Assembly (NCBI GenBank): GCA_051294375.1
Contig: CM119264.1
Location: 25,484,051-25,548,050, forward strand
Length of the DNA: 64,000 nt
Reading direction: 5' to 3'
Source: Paraspadella gotoi
Taxonomy: Eukaryota > Animalia > Chaetognatha
Positions 33,032 through 46,602 of the stretch are shown here, piece by piece; within the stretch, counting starts at the first letter, position 1; each line of letters opens with the position of its first letter. The notes beneath the pieces are model-generated. The model was given only the letters and a program-made list of their open reading frames with translations, did not search any database and was not told where the DNA came from. The position numbers and the translations under genes are program-made.

Positions 33032-33470
33032 AGAAGTTACGGACAGTCATCGTCAGCCAATTGAATTATTGTGTCATTTTTGGACACCTGCAATAGAGTA
33101 TTACTAATTTCTGAATTGGCTAAACGGAAAAACCTATTCCTTCTGTCACCGGGTCAGTGCACTGACGCCGACGTTGCCAGATTACACTTGCAGCTGTTGA
33201 AGAGCAGATGGCTAATGACGATTTTGCTAAATCATTTTAGGACTTTTTTTTATAAACCTAAACTGTTTTAATAACTAATTATTGATCTTTGTTAGCTACT
33301 AGTCATATAATGATAAAAATTCTTTAAACAATACGATAGAAACTGGGCGACAAACGAAAAGCGAATAAACGAATAAAGCGGAAAAAAGCAGACGAGACGT
33401 CGTAAAGAGAAGAGGATCGAGATTCGAGAGATTCAGCGATAACAAGAAATGGCAGCTAAAGAATGATATG

Positions 33471-33550
<80 letters not shown>

Positions 33551-33973
33551 AGAGAGAGAAACGGAGGAGACGGAAAAAGGAAAAGAAAAATTGCTTCTCT
33601 CCTTTTTTTCTAAATTTTTCCTTCTCCTTCTTCCTCCTTTTTTTCGTTTTTTGTTTTCGTCTATTTTCTCATTTTTTTCTTTCTTTTATTTTTTTTCGTC
33701 TCCTTCGTTCATCCTCGTTCTCCCAGTTTTACTTTGTTCTTCCGCCTTTTTTTAACTTCAGCCTTTTTGTCTCTTTTAACTTTCTCGTTTCTTTTCTTTT
33801 TTTAAATTCTTAGTTAGTTTCCTCATTTCTTCTTGTTTTGGTTTTTTTTCTTTCGCTTTTCTTTTATTCTTTCTCATTCAAGCGTAAAAGCGTCGCTTCC
33901 ATTTACGGCGAAACATAATAAATTCCTTCGTTTCCAAACTACTTTTAATTTCTCTCTCTCTCTTCCTCTCTCT

Positions 33974-34039
<66 letters not shown>

Positions 34040-35361
34040 ATATTCAGTGGCATAAACAGAAATGTGAAAAAAAACCTTGTAATTTAAAATCAAATTTCAA
34101 ATTTGGAAAACGGAATATTTCTGCGGGACAACACGTTTCAAAAAAAATTAAAATATAGTTATGTATCTTTTTTGTTAATTTTCATATATTTTGTAATCTT
34201 TCTAGTATTTAGCCTCTTGGTTGTTGTTTCTGGTTTTCTCGTCATTTATTTCCCATTTACTTTTTTTGTTTTTTTTTCGTACATTTGCCATTTATCGTTG
34301 TTTTTAATTTTTTCCGTCCACAATTTCTTTTCCTTTTCTTCCTAGTATTTTTTTATTGTTTTTGCAATTTTCCTCACTGATGCTTCAAACCGTTTATTTC
34401 TTGCATTTTCGCTGCTCATTTTCACTTCTTTCTGTCCTCGTCTTTCTTTTTTTGTTTCTCTCTTCCTATCTCATTTCTTCATTTTCTTTTTATCCTCCTT
34501 ACTCCCATCATTTCCTCTCTTCCTCCTTTTCTTTATTTCCTCCCCTCATTTCCTCCTCTCGAACGCCTCTTAAATTTTTCTTTATAATCCCCTTTAACGA
34601 GTGTCGTTGCAACTTCGTCTCTATGGCAACGCGTTTGGCGCAAAAAACGCAACCGAACCGCATCTGTTCTCGAAAATCTTTCTTCATTTGTCTTCGAGTT
34701 TTCCTCCCCTTTTTTTTTCCTAGCGGCATTATTTTTTTTCTCTCTTTTTTTTTATTTTATTTTTTTTCCCTTTACATGGTTTCCTTAGTTTCACTTCTTG
34801 TTCTTTTTCTCTTTATAAATCTTTGTTTGTTATTTTTTTTAAACATTTACTCAAAGTTCCTCCTATCATCCAACACAGGACCGTCTCCTCTCATCTCATT
34901 CATTCTACACAAAAAGTGTCGAGAATGAAAAAGGGAATTCTCAATGAAAAAACCTCTCGTTCTTCTTCTGTTTTTAATTCACCAAAACCAAAGATTGCTA
35001 AATTAACTCGAAAAATCAATACCAATTACAAGCTATGAAATATTTAGTTATGAAAATAAATATTTCGGAAATCGTTCCCTTGATATGGGATGTGGAGAGG
35101 GTTAAAGGTGAGGGTTGTGGAAGAGGTGAAGGCTGACGATGTCGTTTGGAATTTTTTTTTTTCTTCTAAAAACTGCGAAGGAAATTAATCAGAGTTGAAC
35201 CTCGAGAAATGATTCGTGACCCGAGGATGAGACGCAGCTATTTCGGGATTTGATGAAGACGACGACGACGACGACGACGACGACGAAGACTATCACGGAG
35301 ATATTGACGAGAAAAAAAATGTTATTAATAACCAAGTATTCGATCATGCAGATGAATCATC

Positions 35362-35408
<47 letters not shown>

Positions 35409-35442
35409 CGATGATGATGGTGATGATGATGATGATGATGAT
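35362..35442. repeat. (GAT)n microsatellite
   Basis: Directly visible. Confidence 0.95.
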
Positions 35443-36594
35443 AATTGGTGGTTCTGCGTTATATGTAGAAGAGTAACATGATGACAAATGAAATCAGAAC
35501 GGAAACGCGTCATCGGGATTAAAAATATATAACCAGTTATTATATGAAATGACATAACCAACCCTGAATTTCGTATGAGATGAAGACATAATAAAAAAAG
35601 ATGGCAAGGATGTATAAAAGAAAATAAGGCAACGACGACGACGACGACGACCGAACCCCGAAGTCGCGAAGAATGAGACGGGGAGAAAAAAATAAGCAAA
35701 AAAAATCCGCTATGATCCAATCATTTCGGGATCGAGGCTGCCGGGTTTCCAGGGCAACCATATTTTCGGAGGGGGCGTGGCTCTCGGTAGAAGTAGGGAG
35801 GGGCGGGGGAAGAGGCGTTTGATCGGAGAATTTAATAGGCGCTTGGCTCGGGTGGGTGGGTGGATGGAAATGGAGGTGGTTTGAGGTGGATGAAGCTGAT
35901 GGGGAGTGGTTGGGTGAGTTGGGATAGCGATTTGGCGAGGTTCTAGTAAACAGAAGCGGTTTTTGGGCCGACTTGATTGTGGCCGGGGGCGAAAATTGAA
36001 GTTTGGTTGTTTTAGGGGAGTCTTGATTGAAAAGGGAGGCTGCGCTCGTTAGAGCCGTGAGGGCGTGAAAAGGCGTAACGCACATAATGTCTGCGTTCAT
36101 CGCTAGACGGCGTGAGAATATCGCCAGAGGTCGCGATTTCTCGAAGTAATTTTTTTTTTGGATGGAATTAAAAAAGGCGACGATTTTGAGAAATATAAAT
36201 TTGCTTAATGTCATAAAAGAAGACATACAACTGAAGTTCGCGATAGAAAATTTATTTGATTTGTGTTGTTTAGTGGAATCGAAAATGATCAGATAGGGTT
36301 CAATATTTTCAATCAAATTTGATTTACAAGTTTAAAACCAACAACCGACAATTCTTAATTCTAAAAGACTCGCGGGGGAATTAAATCATATTGAAAATAG
36401 AATTCTACCGGTAATAAAAAAAATATATGTACAAGATTGATAGAATTTCTAAGAACTAAAATTACTTTTTCTGTATTCGACTTTCATTTTGTCAAAAATC
36501 TCCCATCCTTTTTTCTCGTCAGGAGGGAAGAACGATTAGCTTCGATGTCAAAGACAGGAGTGCAATTGAGACTGATCTAATCGTTTCGAGTCGT

Positions 36595-36900
36595 TTCCTT
36601 TTAATTCCTTTCTTTTTAATTCCTTTTAATTTTTTCTTTTTAATTCCTTTTGATTCCTTTTAATTCTTTCTTTTTAATTCCTTTTGATTCCTTTTAATTC
36701 TTTCATTTTAATTTTCTTTTAATTCCTTCCCTCTAATTTCTTTTTATTATTTTTAATTCCTTCTTTTTAATTCTTTTTGATTCCTTTTAATTCTTTCTTT
36801 TTAATTCCTTTTGATTCCTTTAATTCTTTCTTTTTAATTCCTTTTGATTTTTTTTATATCTTTTTAATTCCTTTAATTCTCTTTTTACCCTTTAATTTTC
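36595..36900. repeat. Degenerate tandem repeat built from tttt(a/g)attc(c/t)tt units
   Basis: Repeated ttttaattcctt / ttttgattcctt words. Confidence 0.8.
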
Positions 36901-37243
36901 TTCTTTTCCCCCCCCCCTTTTCTTTTTTTGACGATCTTTTTAGAAAAGCGGAACTTTGGATCGATTAGGGAACACAGCGAGAGTCTTTGAGATCGACCGG
37001 GACGAGAGACCCAGACGGGGGAATTGGGATGTAGGGGGGGTTATGTCTGGCGAGGGGGGGGAGTCGTGAGAAGACCCAACCCTTTCGAGTCTCGTCTCCA
37101 CCTCTATCCCGAGGGTGAAAGGTGAGGCGGGCGACGGGGGGTGGGGGTGGAATTCGTACTTCGTACCCTATCGAGATGGAGAGTGGCTTTCGAAATACTT
37201 TTCTTGTTTTGAGACTCCTTCAAACGGCAGTTGCGGGCTCTCT

Positions 37244-37283
<40 letters not shown>

Positions 37284-37730
37284 AACATAAACAAACCCCT
37301 CCTTCCCTTAATTCTTCCCTTTGGCCAAAATAAACGGAATTTAAAAAAATGGGAAAAACTATCACTTTTAATTTGTCAAAGAAATTTGGATATTATTGGC
37401 TTTTGACGGCGGTAGCTTGGGTCATCATGATCATTATCAATCAGCATCATCATCAACATCCTCAATCATAATGATCATCGTCATAACCATTATTATTATT
37501 ATCATAATCAATGTAAAGTAAATTAACATAAAGTTTTCACTCCAGAAAAAATGAAGTAAATGGAGCGAGGGGTGAGGTTCTCAAAAAGATCTCACCTCAC
37601 CATTGATTCCCTCATCCCGTTTCCCTTCACATCGAAAGATCCTGAGGAAAAAATCTCCCTTCACCTCACGAAGAAAAAAAAGACCGAGAGATCCAAAGGC
37701 GCTGATCGATGGCGCCAAACCCATTTATGG

Positions 37731-37791
<61 letters not shown>

Positions 37792-38739
37792 TCAAAAAGT
37801 ACCTGAAAATATCTCGCCGAAAACAATAAGTAGAGAGATAAAATAAAGAAAAAAGAAAAGTCGGAGAGACGAAAGAAAATACGTAAGAAAATACGACCAG
37901 GCATTGGATCGCGGTAAAGGAAGGGAGAATTATGATTGGTCAATATTAAGGACAACGTAAATTGCCGAAATTGAAAATGAACTGTCATCCATACTGAGAA
38001 CTAAAAAAATATAAAAGTTAAAAATATTATTCGCTGCAAAAATATTTGAAACATATATTTCACCCCAACGTTTATCACCACTGCCGATAACACCCGTGCT
38101 GATAACACTCTAGCCGATACCACTTTCTCTGAATTCACCACCGATATCACCTCACTCAAGACCGTCTCATATTTCACACTTCAAGTTTCACACTTGGTAT
38201 TTCGTTCTCCACCGCCTTTTGCCCCACCCCGCCCGCACTCCCCTTCCCTATCTTTTCCTCACTCACCCCTTCCTAGCCTTCACTCCCTCCTCGTCATACA
38301 CCCTTTCCATTTTTTTAAAAAAAAAATTTCCTCCACCTCGAGACGAAAAGTGCAAAAAATAAAAGGCGGCCGACTTTAATAAATCAAGATAACAGTGATG
38401 TCGTTGTCAGGCCTTAGCTGTCGGGCTTCCTTGTCGGGTCCCGTTATCGGACTTTTAGGTCGGTCGCTGTCGGCCTTCCCTTTCGGCCTCTCCCCCAATT
38501 CATCACGATAACCCGGTACAGCAGCTTTAAATAAAAAAAAAACAAAAAACAAATCGTTCATGGTCGTAGCTGTCCTCGTCATATTTATCGTCGGCTTCGT
38601 CGTCGTTGTCATTCGGTTTGCGAACAAAAAAATACAGATATCAAGGAATATATATTCATATATTACATTATATGTTATTTTAAAAAATGCGGTACCACCT
38701 TTTGGGGATCAAAAATTAGACGAAGGTTCAAATCCGTTA

Positions 38740-38779
<40 letters not shown>

Positions 38780-41221
38780 TAATATTCTCAATCGCCATCA
38801 TCATTTACCTTCGTCGTCGTCTTCGTCGTCGTCCACGTCGTAAATGTGAATGGAAAAAACGAGGTGATAAATCCGGTCGGTGTGAACCTAGAACTGACCC
38901 GCGAGTCGAACACGGCTTTCGTATCCTCACATCAACGAACTCCTCCCCTTTTCTCCTTCCACCTTCCCTTCTTCTTCAGACTCTGCGCTTCCCCCTCCCA
39001 CTCTCCTTCATCTTTATACTTCTCCGCAGCCTCGCCACTTGTTCCCCGAGCCCAATGGCCCACGCCTTGTTTAAGGTTCAACTCCGTCCCATTTCCTTTC
39101 ATCCTCTCCTTCTCCTCTTCCTCCTTCCTCCCTTTCTTCCCCTCCCCTTCCTTTCCCCNNNNNNNNNNNNNNNNNNNNNNNNNNNNNNNNNNNNNNNNNN
39201 NNNNNNNNNNNNNNNNNNNNNNNNNNNNNNNNNNNNNNNNNNNNNNNNNNNNNNNNNNNNNNNNNNNNNNNNNNNNNNNNNNNNNNNNNNNNNNNNNNNN
39301 NNNNNNNNNNNNNNNNNNNNNNNNNNNNNNNNNNNNNNNNNNNNNNNNNNNNNNGCTCTAAGGCCACAGATTTACGTTTGTTTACATTAAAAAAAACGAG
39401 CAATTAGGTCGCCTGTTTTCGTAAACAAACGCGGACTGCAACGGGATATTTACGATCTCGGTATTTTGAGCTCCGAAACCGCGACTCTGCCCTCTATCGG
39501 CTTACCTTAAAAAAAAAACAACGCCGGGTTTGTTTATCTCGATTGATCTGAAAAGTCGAGACGCCGAATGAGGAGTGACCACTTGTCCACAGGAGAGATC
39601 ACGTGACCATTCCTCGTCAGTTTTGTTTATATTTGGTCGCGAAAATAACTCCTCGAGCCACCGCCCCCCCCCNNNNNNNNNNNNNNNNNNNNNNNNNNNN
39701 NNNNNNNNNNNNNNNNNNNNNNNNNNNNNNNNNNNNNNNNNNNNNNNNNNNNNNNNNNNNNNNNNNNNNNNNNNNNNNNNNNNNNNNNNNNNNNNNNNNN
39801 NNNNNNNNNNNNNNNNNNNNNNNNNNNNNNNNNNNNNNNNNNNNNNNNNNNNNNNNNNNNNNNNNNNNNNNNNNNNNNNNNNNNNNNNNNNNNNNNNNNN
39901 NNNNNNNNNNNNNNNNNNNNNNNNNNNNNNNNNNNNNNNNNNNNNNNNNNNNNNTCTTTTCTCTTCTTCTCTTTTCTTTTCTTTTCTTTTTTTACGTTGT
40001 CTTTTCTTTTTCTTTCATATTTTCGTGTCTCCCTTTCTTTTTTCTTCTCTTCTACACTTCCCTCTGTAGTCGCAGTTAAAACCTGATATATCTGTACGTA
40101 TATAAACTAAACCTAAACGAATAAATGTAACTGTTGCGAAGTCGCCTGCGTTGAGTTCGGACGCGTCTGTTCGTCATTTCCTTTTTCTTCCTCGCCAGAG
40201 AGTTTGTAATTTCTTTGTCAGTTCTTTGTCAGTTCTTTGTCCCGACATCGACGAACGAAGGGTTCAGGTGTTGCGTTTTATAAATCACGATTCCCCTCAC
40301 TTTTCTTCACGAAAAAAAAAACCGACATTCATTATCGTTGTCGCCGTCGTCGTCGTCGAATTCAGAGTAAGCCGAGCGTTTTCCGCCAGTAAAAGCAGTC
40401 GAGAGGCGGGAAAGGGTTAGTTATCGAATGATAAAGAAGGCGCGTTAGGTGAGAGATTTGAAAGCGAGTTTGTCCGGGTCGTTGCGATGGCTACGGCTTC
40501 GAGCATGAAGCTATAATCGGATTATTGCAGCCAAATGAAAAGATATAATAATTTTCTTTCGTCAAGTTGATTTCGAATTCTGGGGGTTATTGATATTGTT
40601 ATTGTTATGTAATATAGATAAACTTTTAACTTTGATCGTCGCTATTTTCTTTGCTTTCGTCGTCGTGGTCATCATTGTTGTCGCCGTTATCTCTATCTCA
40701 CGAACATCGGAAAAACAATTGAGTTCGACGCAAAAATACGAGCGTCATTCTTTCCCCGACGCCGCCAACGATAAATTCCGATAAANNNNNNNNNNNNNNN
40801 NNNNNNNNNNNNNNNNNNNNNNNNNNNNNNNNNNNNNNNNNNNNNNNNNNNNNNNNNNNNNNNNNNNNNNNNNNNNNNNNNNNNNNNNNNNNNNNNNNNN
40901 NNNNNNNNNNNNNNNNNNNNNNNNNNNNNNNNNNNNNNNNNNNNNNNNNNNNNNNNNNNNNNNNNNNNNNNNNNNNNNNNNNNNNNNNNNNNNNNNNNNN
41001 NNNNNNNNNNNNNNNNNNNNNNNNNNNNNNNNNNNNNNNNNNNNNNNNNNNNNNNNNNNNNNNNNNNNNNNNNNNNNNNNNNNNNNNNNNNNNNNNNNNN
41101 NNNNNNNNNNNNNNNNNNNNNNNNNNNNNNNNNNNNNNNNNNNNNNNNNNNNNNNNNNNNNNNNNNNNNNNNNNNNNNNNNNNNNNNNNNNNNNNNNNNN
41201 NNNNNNNNNNNNNNNNNNNNN

Positions 41222-41254
<33 letters not shown>

Positions 41255-41357
41255 TTCGCCAAAGGTCGGAAAGTTTATCACCCAATTTCGCTCGGCGCGT
41301 CCCTTGACCATTGCGTCACTTTGAAGAAGAAAGGAAAAATTAATGGGGAAAGAAAGA

Positions 41358-41473
41358 TCACGTGACGGAGAAAAAAGATCACGTGATCCAGCGGACGAAT
41401 CACGTGACAAGAAAAAGTATCACGTGATGGAGAAAAAGGTAGGATCACGTGATTCAGAGAAAAAATCACATGA
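41358..41473. promoter_or_regulatory. Array of six E-boxes (5x TCACGTGA, 1x TCACATGA)
   Basis: Sites start at 41358, 41379, 41400, 41420, 41445 and 41466; the spacers differ in sequence. Confidence 0.55.
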
Positions 41474-42260
41474 TTCAAAGAAAAGTCCTCAGTTCATTTC
41501 CGTTTACTGGATTACCTCTTTTTCTGCCTTTAATCATTAAAACAATGAACTGGATATAAAAAGGCTGTTGTTCCCAACAGTTGAACAAAATCCACAAAGA
41601 ATATGAAGAATAAGACGTTCAAAGTGGCGGTAGTGGTGGTCGGGGCAGTGATTGCGATGATGAAGGTGGCGGTAGTGGTGGTTGTTGAGACGGAGGTGAT
41701 ACAGTCTCGGTTGAAGAGCGACGACGGAAGGCGCTCGATAAATTAGGCGCCGATGAAAAAGATTGTGGCGCCATAATTAGAAATCGCGTCGAGCGAATTT
41801 AGATGAGATGAAAGGAGGCAGATCGCTTCCATCCAAGGCCCAAGGTTGTTTTTCTTTTTTTGAGGCGCGAGTTTGTTCTATGTGGATACCTTCAAAAGCG
41901 AATAATAATTTTTACAGTAGCTACATGGCTAATACATCAATGTTTGTTATTCTTTGACGACAAAAGTTTTATTTGTTTAAATATACTTGGCAGAATTACG
42001 TTTCCAGTATTTAAATGCTCGCAAAGACGCTAACAAAACCTAAAAAGTAAAAGTGCAAGAGAAAATTAGAGCAAAAGTAAAACTGAAGAGTGAAAGAGAA
42101 AAAAGCCTTTGACTGTGATCGGTTAACCAACGNNNNNNNNNNNNNNNNNNNNNNNNNNNNNNNNNNNNNNNNNNNNNNNNNNNNNNNNNNNNNNNNNNNN
42201 NNNNNNNNNNNNNNNNNNNNNNNNNNNNNNNNNNNNNNNNNNNNNNNNNNNNNNNNNNNN

Positions 42261-42295
<35 letters not shown>

Positions 42296-44567
42296 ATTTA
42301 GTGCGACGATGCGTGAAACTCACAGCCAAGTACCCGATCGTCTCTCTCTTTCTTTCTCTCTCTCTGTTTTTCTCGCGTTTTTGCAAGAAGAAAAAATTTG
42401 CGACATTTTCGAGAGGAGAAACATCTGTCTAGCAAACACTATATAGAAAACTCTAAACAGAAAAGATTAGAAAAGATAAAATACGTTAATTGATTAATCA
42501 TGATGGGTTTAACTTTAAACAGTCTTTAAAGTTGGCAGAACGATTGTGAATCATAAGATGACTACATAATTCATACCCTCATTACGAAAGAAATTCAGAA
42601 TTGTAAAAAGATAGAAATATTCTCTCTCTCTCTCTCTCCCTCTCTCTCTCTCTCTGACCTTACCCTCTCACCTTCCTTTATCTCCTCATCCTCCTCGTCG
42701 CTTCCCTCAAGCCTTACCTTTTCCCAGAGTCTAAAAATAATTGNNNNNNNNNNNNNNNNNNNNNNNNNNNNNNNNNNNNNNNNNNNNNNNNNNNNNNNNN
42801 NNNNNNNNNNNNNNNNNNNNNNNNNNNNNNNNNNNNNNNNNNNNNNNNNNNNNNNNNNNNNNNNNNNNNNNNNNNNNNNNNNNNNNNNNNNNNNNNNNNN
42901 NNNNNNNNNNNNNNNNNNNNNNNNNNNNNNNNNNNNNNNNNNNNNNNNNNNNNNNNNNNNNNNNNNNNNNNNNNNNNNNNNNNNNNNNNNNNNNNNNNNN
43001 NNNNNNNNNNNNNNNNNNNNNNNNNNNNNNNNNNNNNNNNNNNNNNNNNNNNNNNNNNNNNNNNNNNNNNNNNNNNNNNNNNNNNNNNNNNNNNNNNNNN
43101 NNNNNNNNNNNNNNNNNNNNNNNNNNNNNNNNNNNNNNNNNNNNNNNNNNNNNNNNNNNNNNNNNNNNNNNNNNNNNNNNNNNNNNNNNNNNNNNNNNNN
43201 NNNNNNNNNNNNNNNNNNNNNNNNNNNNNNNNNNNNNNNNNNNNNNNNNNNNNNNNNNNNNNNNNNNNNNNNNNNNNNNNNNNNNNNNNNNNNNNNNNNN
43301 NNNNNNNNNNNNNNNNNNNNNNNNNNNNNNNNNNNNNNNNNNNNNNNNNNCTTTGGTCCCCGCCTCCGTTCTTCGACCGAGATAACTGCGTCAGTGCGTC
43401 TCTCATTTTTTTCTCGCTTTGTTTCTTTAATCTTTTCTCCTTCCTTTTTCGTTTTTTCCTTTTTTCATCTTTTTTTCCTTTTCGCTGTTATTTTTTTTCT
43501 TTTTCCTGTTTGGCTTCATTTGTCATTATATCTTATATTTTTTTTTAATTTGACTTATAAATTTTGTTCCAGCGATAATTTCCTTTGACTTTTTTTATTT
43601 CTTCCCTTGTCTTTAAATTATGATTTACAGACAATCAACTGTGGTGAAACAATGGACCAATGGAACTAATAACCCCCCCCCCAAAAAAAAAACCAAAACT
43701 GGCTGACCAGTGGCCAGGCTATTTTAAAAAATGTCGTAAATAATGGTGAAAGACCAAATAATTATTTTATACGTATTATTACAAATTTGCACTTTCTTGT
43801 CAATATTCTTAAACATATATGAAATTGTATATTTTCCCGTTTTTCTCCTGGATTTTTCTTCATTTTCTCTTACCATCTTCATATTCTTTGCTCTTCTTCC
43901 TCTTCGTTTTTGTTATTCATCTATTGGTCTTTTTTTTTCAGTTACGAAATACTTGATAGAAGAGCGGCATGTTTTTATGTTGTCGTCATCGTCGTCGTCG
44001 TCTTTTTCGTTCTCGTTCTCGTTGACGCCGTCATTTCGTTTGGGCTATTTTTAGATTTTCTATCTAGTCTCTTTTCGATTGTTACCTCCTCTCTCTCTCT
44101 CTCNNNNNNNNNNNNNNNNNNNNNNNNNNNNNNNNNNNNNNNNNNNNNNNNNNNNNNNNNNNNNNNNNNNNNNNNNNNNNNNNNNNNNNNNNNNNNNNNN
44201 NNNNNNNNNNNNNNNNNNNNNNNNNNNNNNNNNNNNNNNNNNNNNNNNNNNNNNNNNNNNNNNNNNNNNNNNNCGTAATGAAAGCGAGGATGAAAACTTC
44301 TCTGGTTGGCTGATTGGCTGATTGACAGAACGCCTGATTGGTTGATGCGTGATTTGATTGAGCCTGATTGATTCTACCGCCTCCGACATGTCAAAGCCTC
44401 AAATGAATTTCTGGAATTGAAACTTGAAAATTTAAAAATTCCATTGGTTCATCGTTCAACGTTTAGCATTGATTCACATGTAGCAGAAAATAGATTTTAT
44501 AAACGGTTTTTATACTTAAACCAAAAGTAAACTAACGTACATAATACGACTAATATCATTTGAAAAC

Positions 44568-44626
44568 GAGGTAACTCATTCGCCCCACAAACAAAAGATT
44601 CCGGGTTCAAACCCCGAGCGCTACCA
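44568..44626 (+). mobile_element. Degenerate tRNA-derived (Val-like) SINE head or tRNA pseudogene fragment
   Basis: ttcgccccaca...ccgggttcaaaccccgagcgctacca contains a B-box and T-arm and a CCA-like end; there is no intact cloverleaf. Confidence 0.35.
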
Positions 44627-45155
44627 TAGAAACCTCCTGAAACGTGGAGCTGAAACTGGAGCTAGGAAACATTTGGGTTTTCTCTCTCTCTCTAGAGCCG
44701 TTTTTTAAATTATATAAAGGAGTGGTCTTTTCATACAATTGAAACATTCTTTGAAATATTTTCCACTTCATTGATAGGGAAGCCAGGTACTCTGGGAGTG
44801 AATAAACGGGACTGTGAGAGAGTCTTGATTGAAAGCTTGCAGGGACCTGCTATGTAATTATCTTGTAAGAGTGATGGAGGCCTTAAACCACCAAAGCCTG
44901 TCCAAAGTCAGGGGCAAGATAGCTTATTTATTAAATGAATGGATAATTTTTATATCGGTTGTACCAATTTCATAAAGGTTTAATCTTCAATTCGTAATAA
45001 ATATTTAAATTTTATAAAGGTTTAATCTTCAATTTGTAATAAATATTTTCTTTTCTTTAAATGTTACAATAAACTTTCTTGTAAAATTTCTTTTTTTTAA
45101 ATATTTAAAACTCAACCCTTCCCTCCCCCCCCCTTTTTTTTCTTTTTTTTTTCAG

Positions 45156-46442
45156 TTGTGATCCTAGCGTCGTTGGCGAACGACGGCGCGGCAGAGATGG
45201 CGTCGCGGTGCTCAAAGTGGCACCGCACGCGCTATTTGACTCTCGGATGTGAATTTCCTAACCTCATTCGCATCGACGGCGCCTTTTATGGGTTCAGCGC
45301 AAGGGAACGCAACTGCTTCTACCAGGTGCGTCTTATGTACTTTCTCTTAACCGTCTCTTGTCTCTCTCTCNNNNNNNNNNNNNNNNNNNNNNNNNNNNNN
45401 NNNNNNNNNNNNNNNNNNNNNNNNNNNNNNNNNNNNNNNNNNNNNNNNNNNNNNNNNNNNNNNNNNNNNNNNNNNNNNNNNNNNNNNNNNNNNNNNNNNN
45501 NNNNNNNNNNNNNNNNNNNNNNNNNNNNNNNNNNNNNNNNNNNNNNNNNNNNNNNNNNNNNNNNNNNNNNNNNNNNNNNNNNNNNNNNNNNNNNNNNNNN
45601 NNNNNNNNNNNNNNNNNNNNNNNNNNNNNNNNNNNNNNNNNNNNNNNNNNNNNNNNNNNNNNNNNNNNNNNNNNNNNNNNNNNNNNNNNNNNNNNNNNNN
45701 NNNNNNNNNNNNNNNNNNNNNNNNNNNNNNNNNNNNNNNNNNNNNNNNNNNNNNNNNNNNNNNNNNNNNNNNNNNNNNNNNNNNNNNNNNNNNNNNNNNN
45801 NNNNNNNNNNNNNNNNNNNNNNNNNNNNNNNNNNNNNNNNNNNNNNNNNNNNNNNNNNNNNNNNNNNNNNNNNNNNNNNNNNNNNNNNNNNNNNNNNNNN
45901 NNNNNNNNNNNNNNNNNNNNNNNNNNNNNNNNNNNNNNNNNNNNNNNNNNNNNNNNNNNNNNNNNNNNNNNNNNNNNNNNNNNNNNNNNNNNNNNNNNNN
46001 NNNNNNNNNNNNNNNNNNNNNNNNNNNNNNNNNNNNNNNNNNNNNNNNNNNNNNNNNNNNNNNNNNNNNNNNNNNNNNNNNNNNNNNNNNNNNNNNNNNN
46101 NNNNNNNNNNNNNNNNNNNNNNNNNNNNNNNNNNNNNNNNNNNNCTCCGCTTTGGCGCAGGGGAATAGATATGACAATGATACGGCGATACTGCGATACT
46201 GTGATGTCCTTTTCTCGTTCTGTATCGAAATTTTGTCGCTCAAANNNNNNNNNNNNNNNNNNNNNNNNNNNNNNNNNNNNNNNNNNNNNNNNNNNNNNNN
46301 NNNNNNNNNNNNNNNNNNNNNNNNNNNNNNNNNNNNNNNNNNNNNNNNNNNNNNNNNNNNNNNNNNNNNNNNNNNNNNNNNNNNNNNNNNNNNNNNNNNN
46401 NNNNNNNNNNNNNNNNNNNNNNNNNNNNNNNNNNNNNNNNNN

Positions 46443-46475
<33 letters not shown>

Positions 46476-46564
46476 TGGTTACTGAAGAAAGTCACAAATC
46501 ACGTTTCATGAGGTCAGAAATGACAACCGACTAATGCCAAGCTATGGTGTCGGAGGACTACGAA

Positions 46565-46602
<38 letters not shown>

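Larger units (their letters stand above)
32388..33058 (+). mobile_element. 405-bp tandem unit (1.65 copies): SINE-like element with a tRNA-like head and a twister-ribozyme-like motif (retrozyme-like)
   Basis: tgtagtcggg at 32388 and 32793 (period 405). GC-rich against AT-rich flanks. A-box-like TGGCTCATTGAG (~32451) and B-box GGTTCAATCC (~32496). Possible 8-bp target-site duplication tattgtgt at 32383-32390 and 33067-33074. Confidence 0.7.

Noticed and set aside
37602-42729. Candidate minus-strand micro-exons (~37602-37642 and ~42718-42730) with good AG/GT signals
   Set aside because: Too short to translate into anything recognisable and not linkable into a gene model without transcript data.
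45156-45325. C-type lectin N-terminus (IDGAFYGFS)
   Set aside because: Splicing to the 49489 and 52167 exons gives the 8-Cys SUEL pattern; no WIGL/EPN/WND motifs were seen.
39159-46442. Long ORFs of 200-380 aa in the ORF track
   Set aside because: They are open only because they run through N-gaps.
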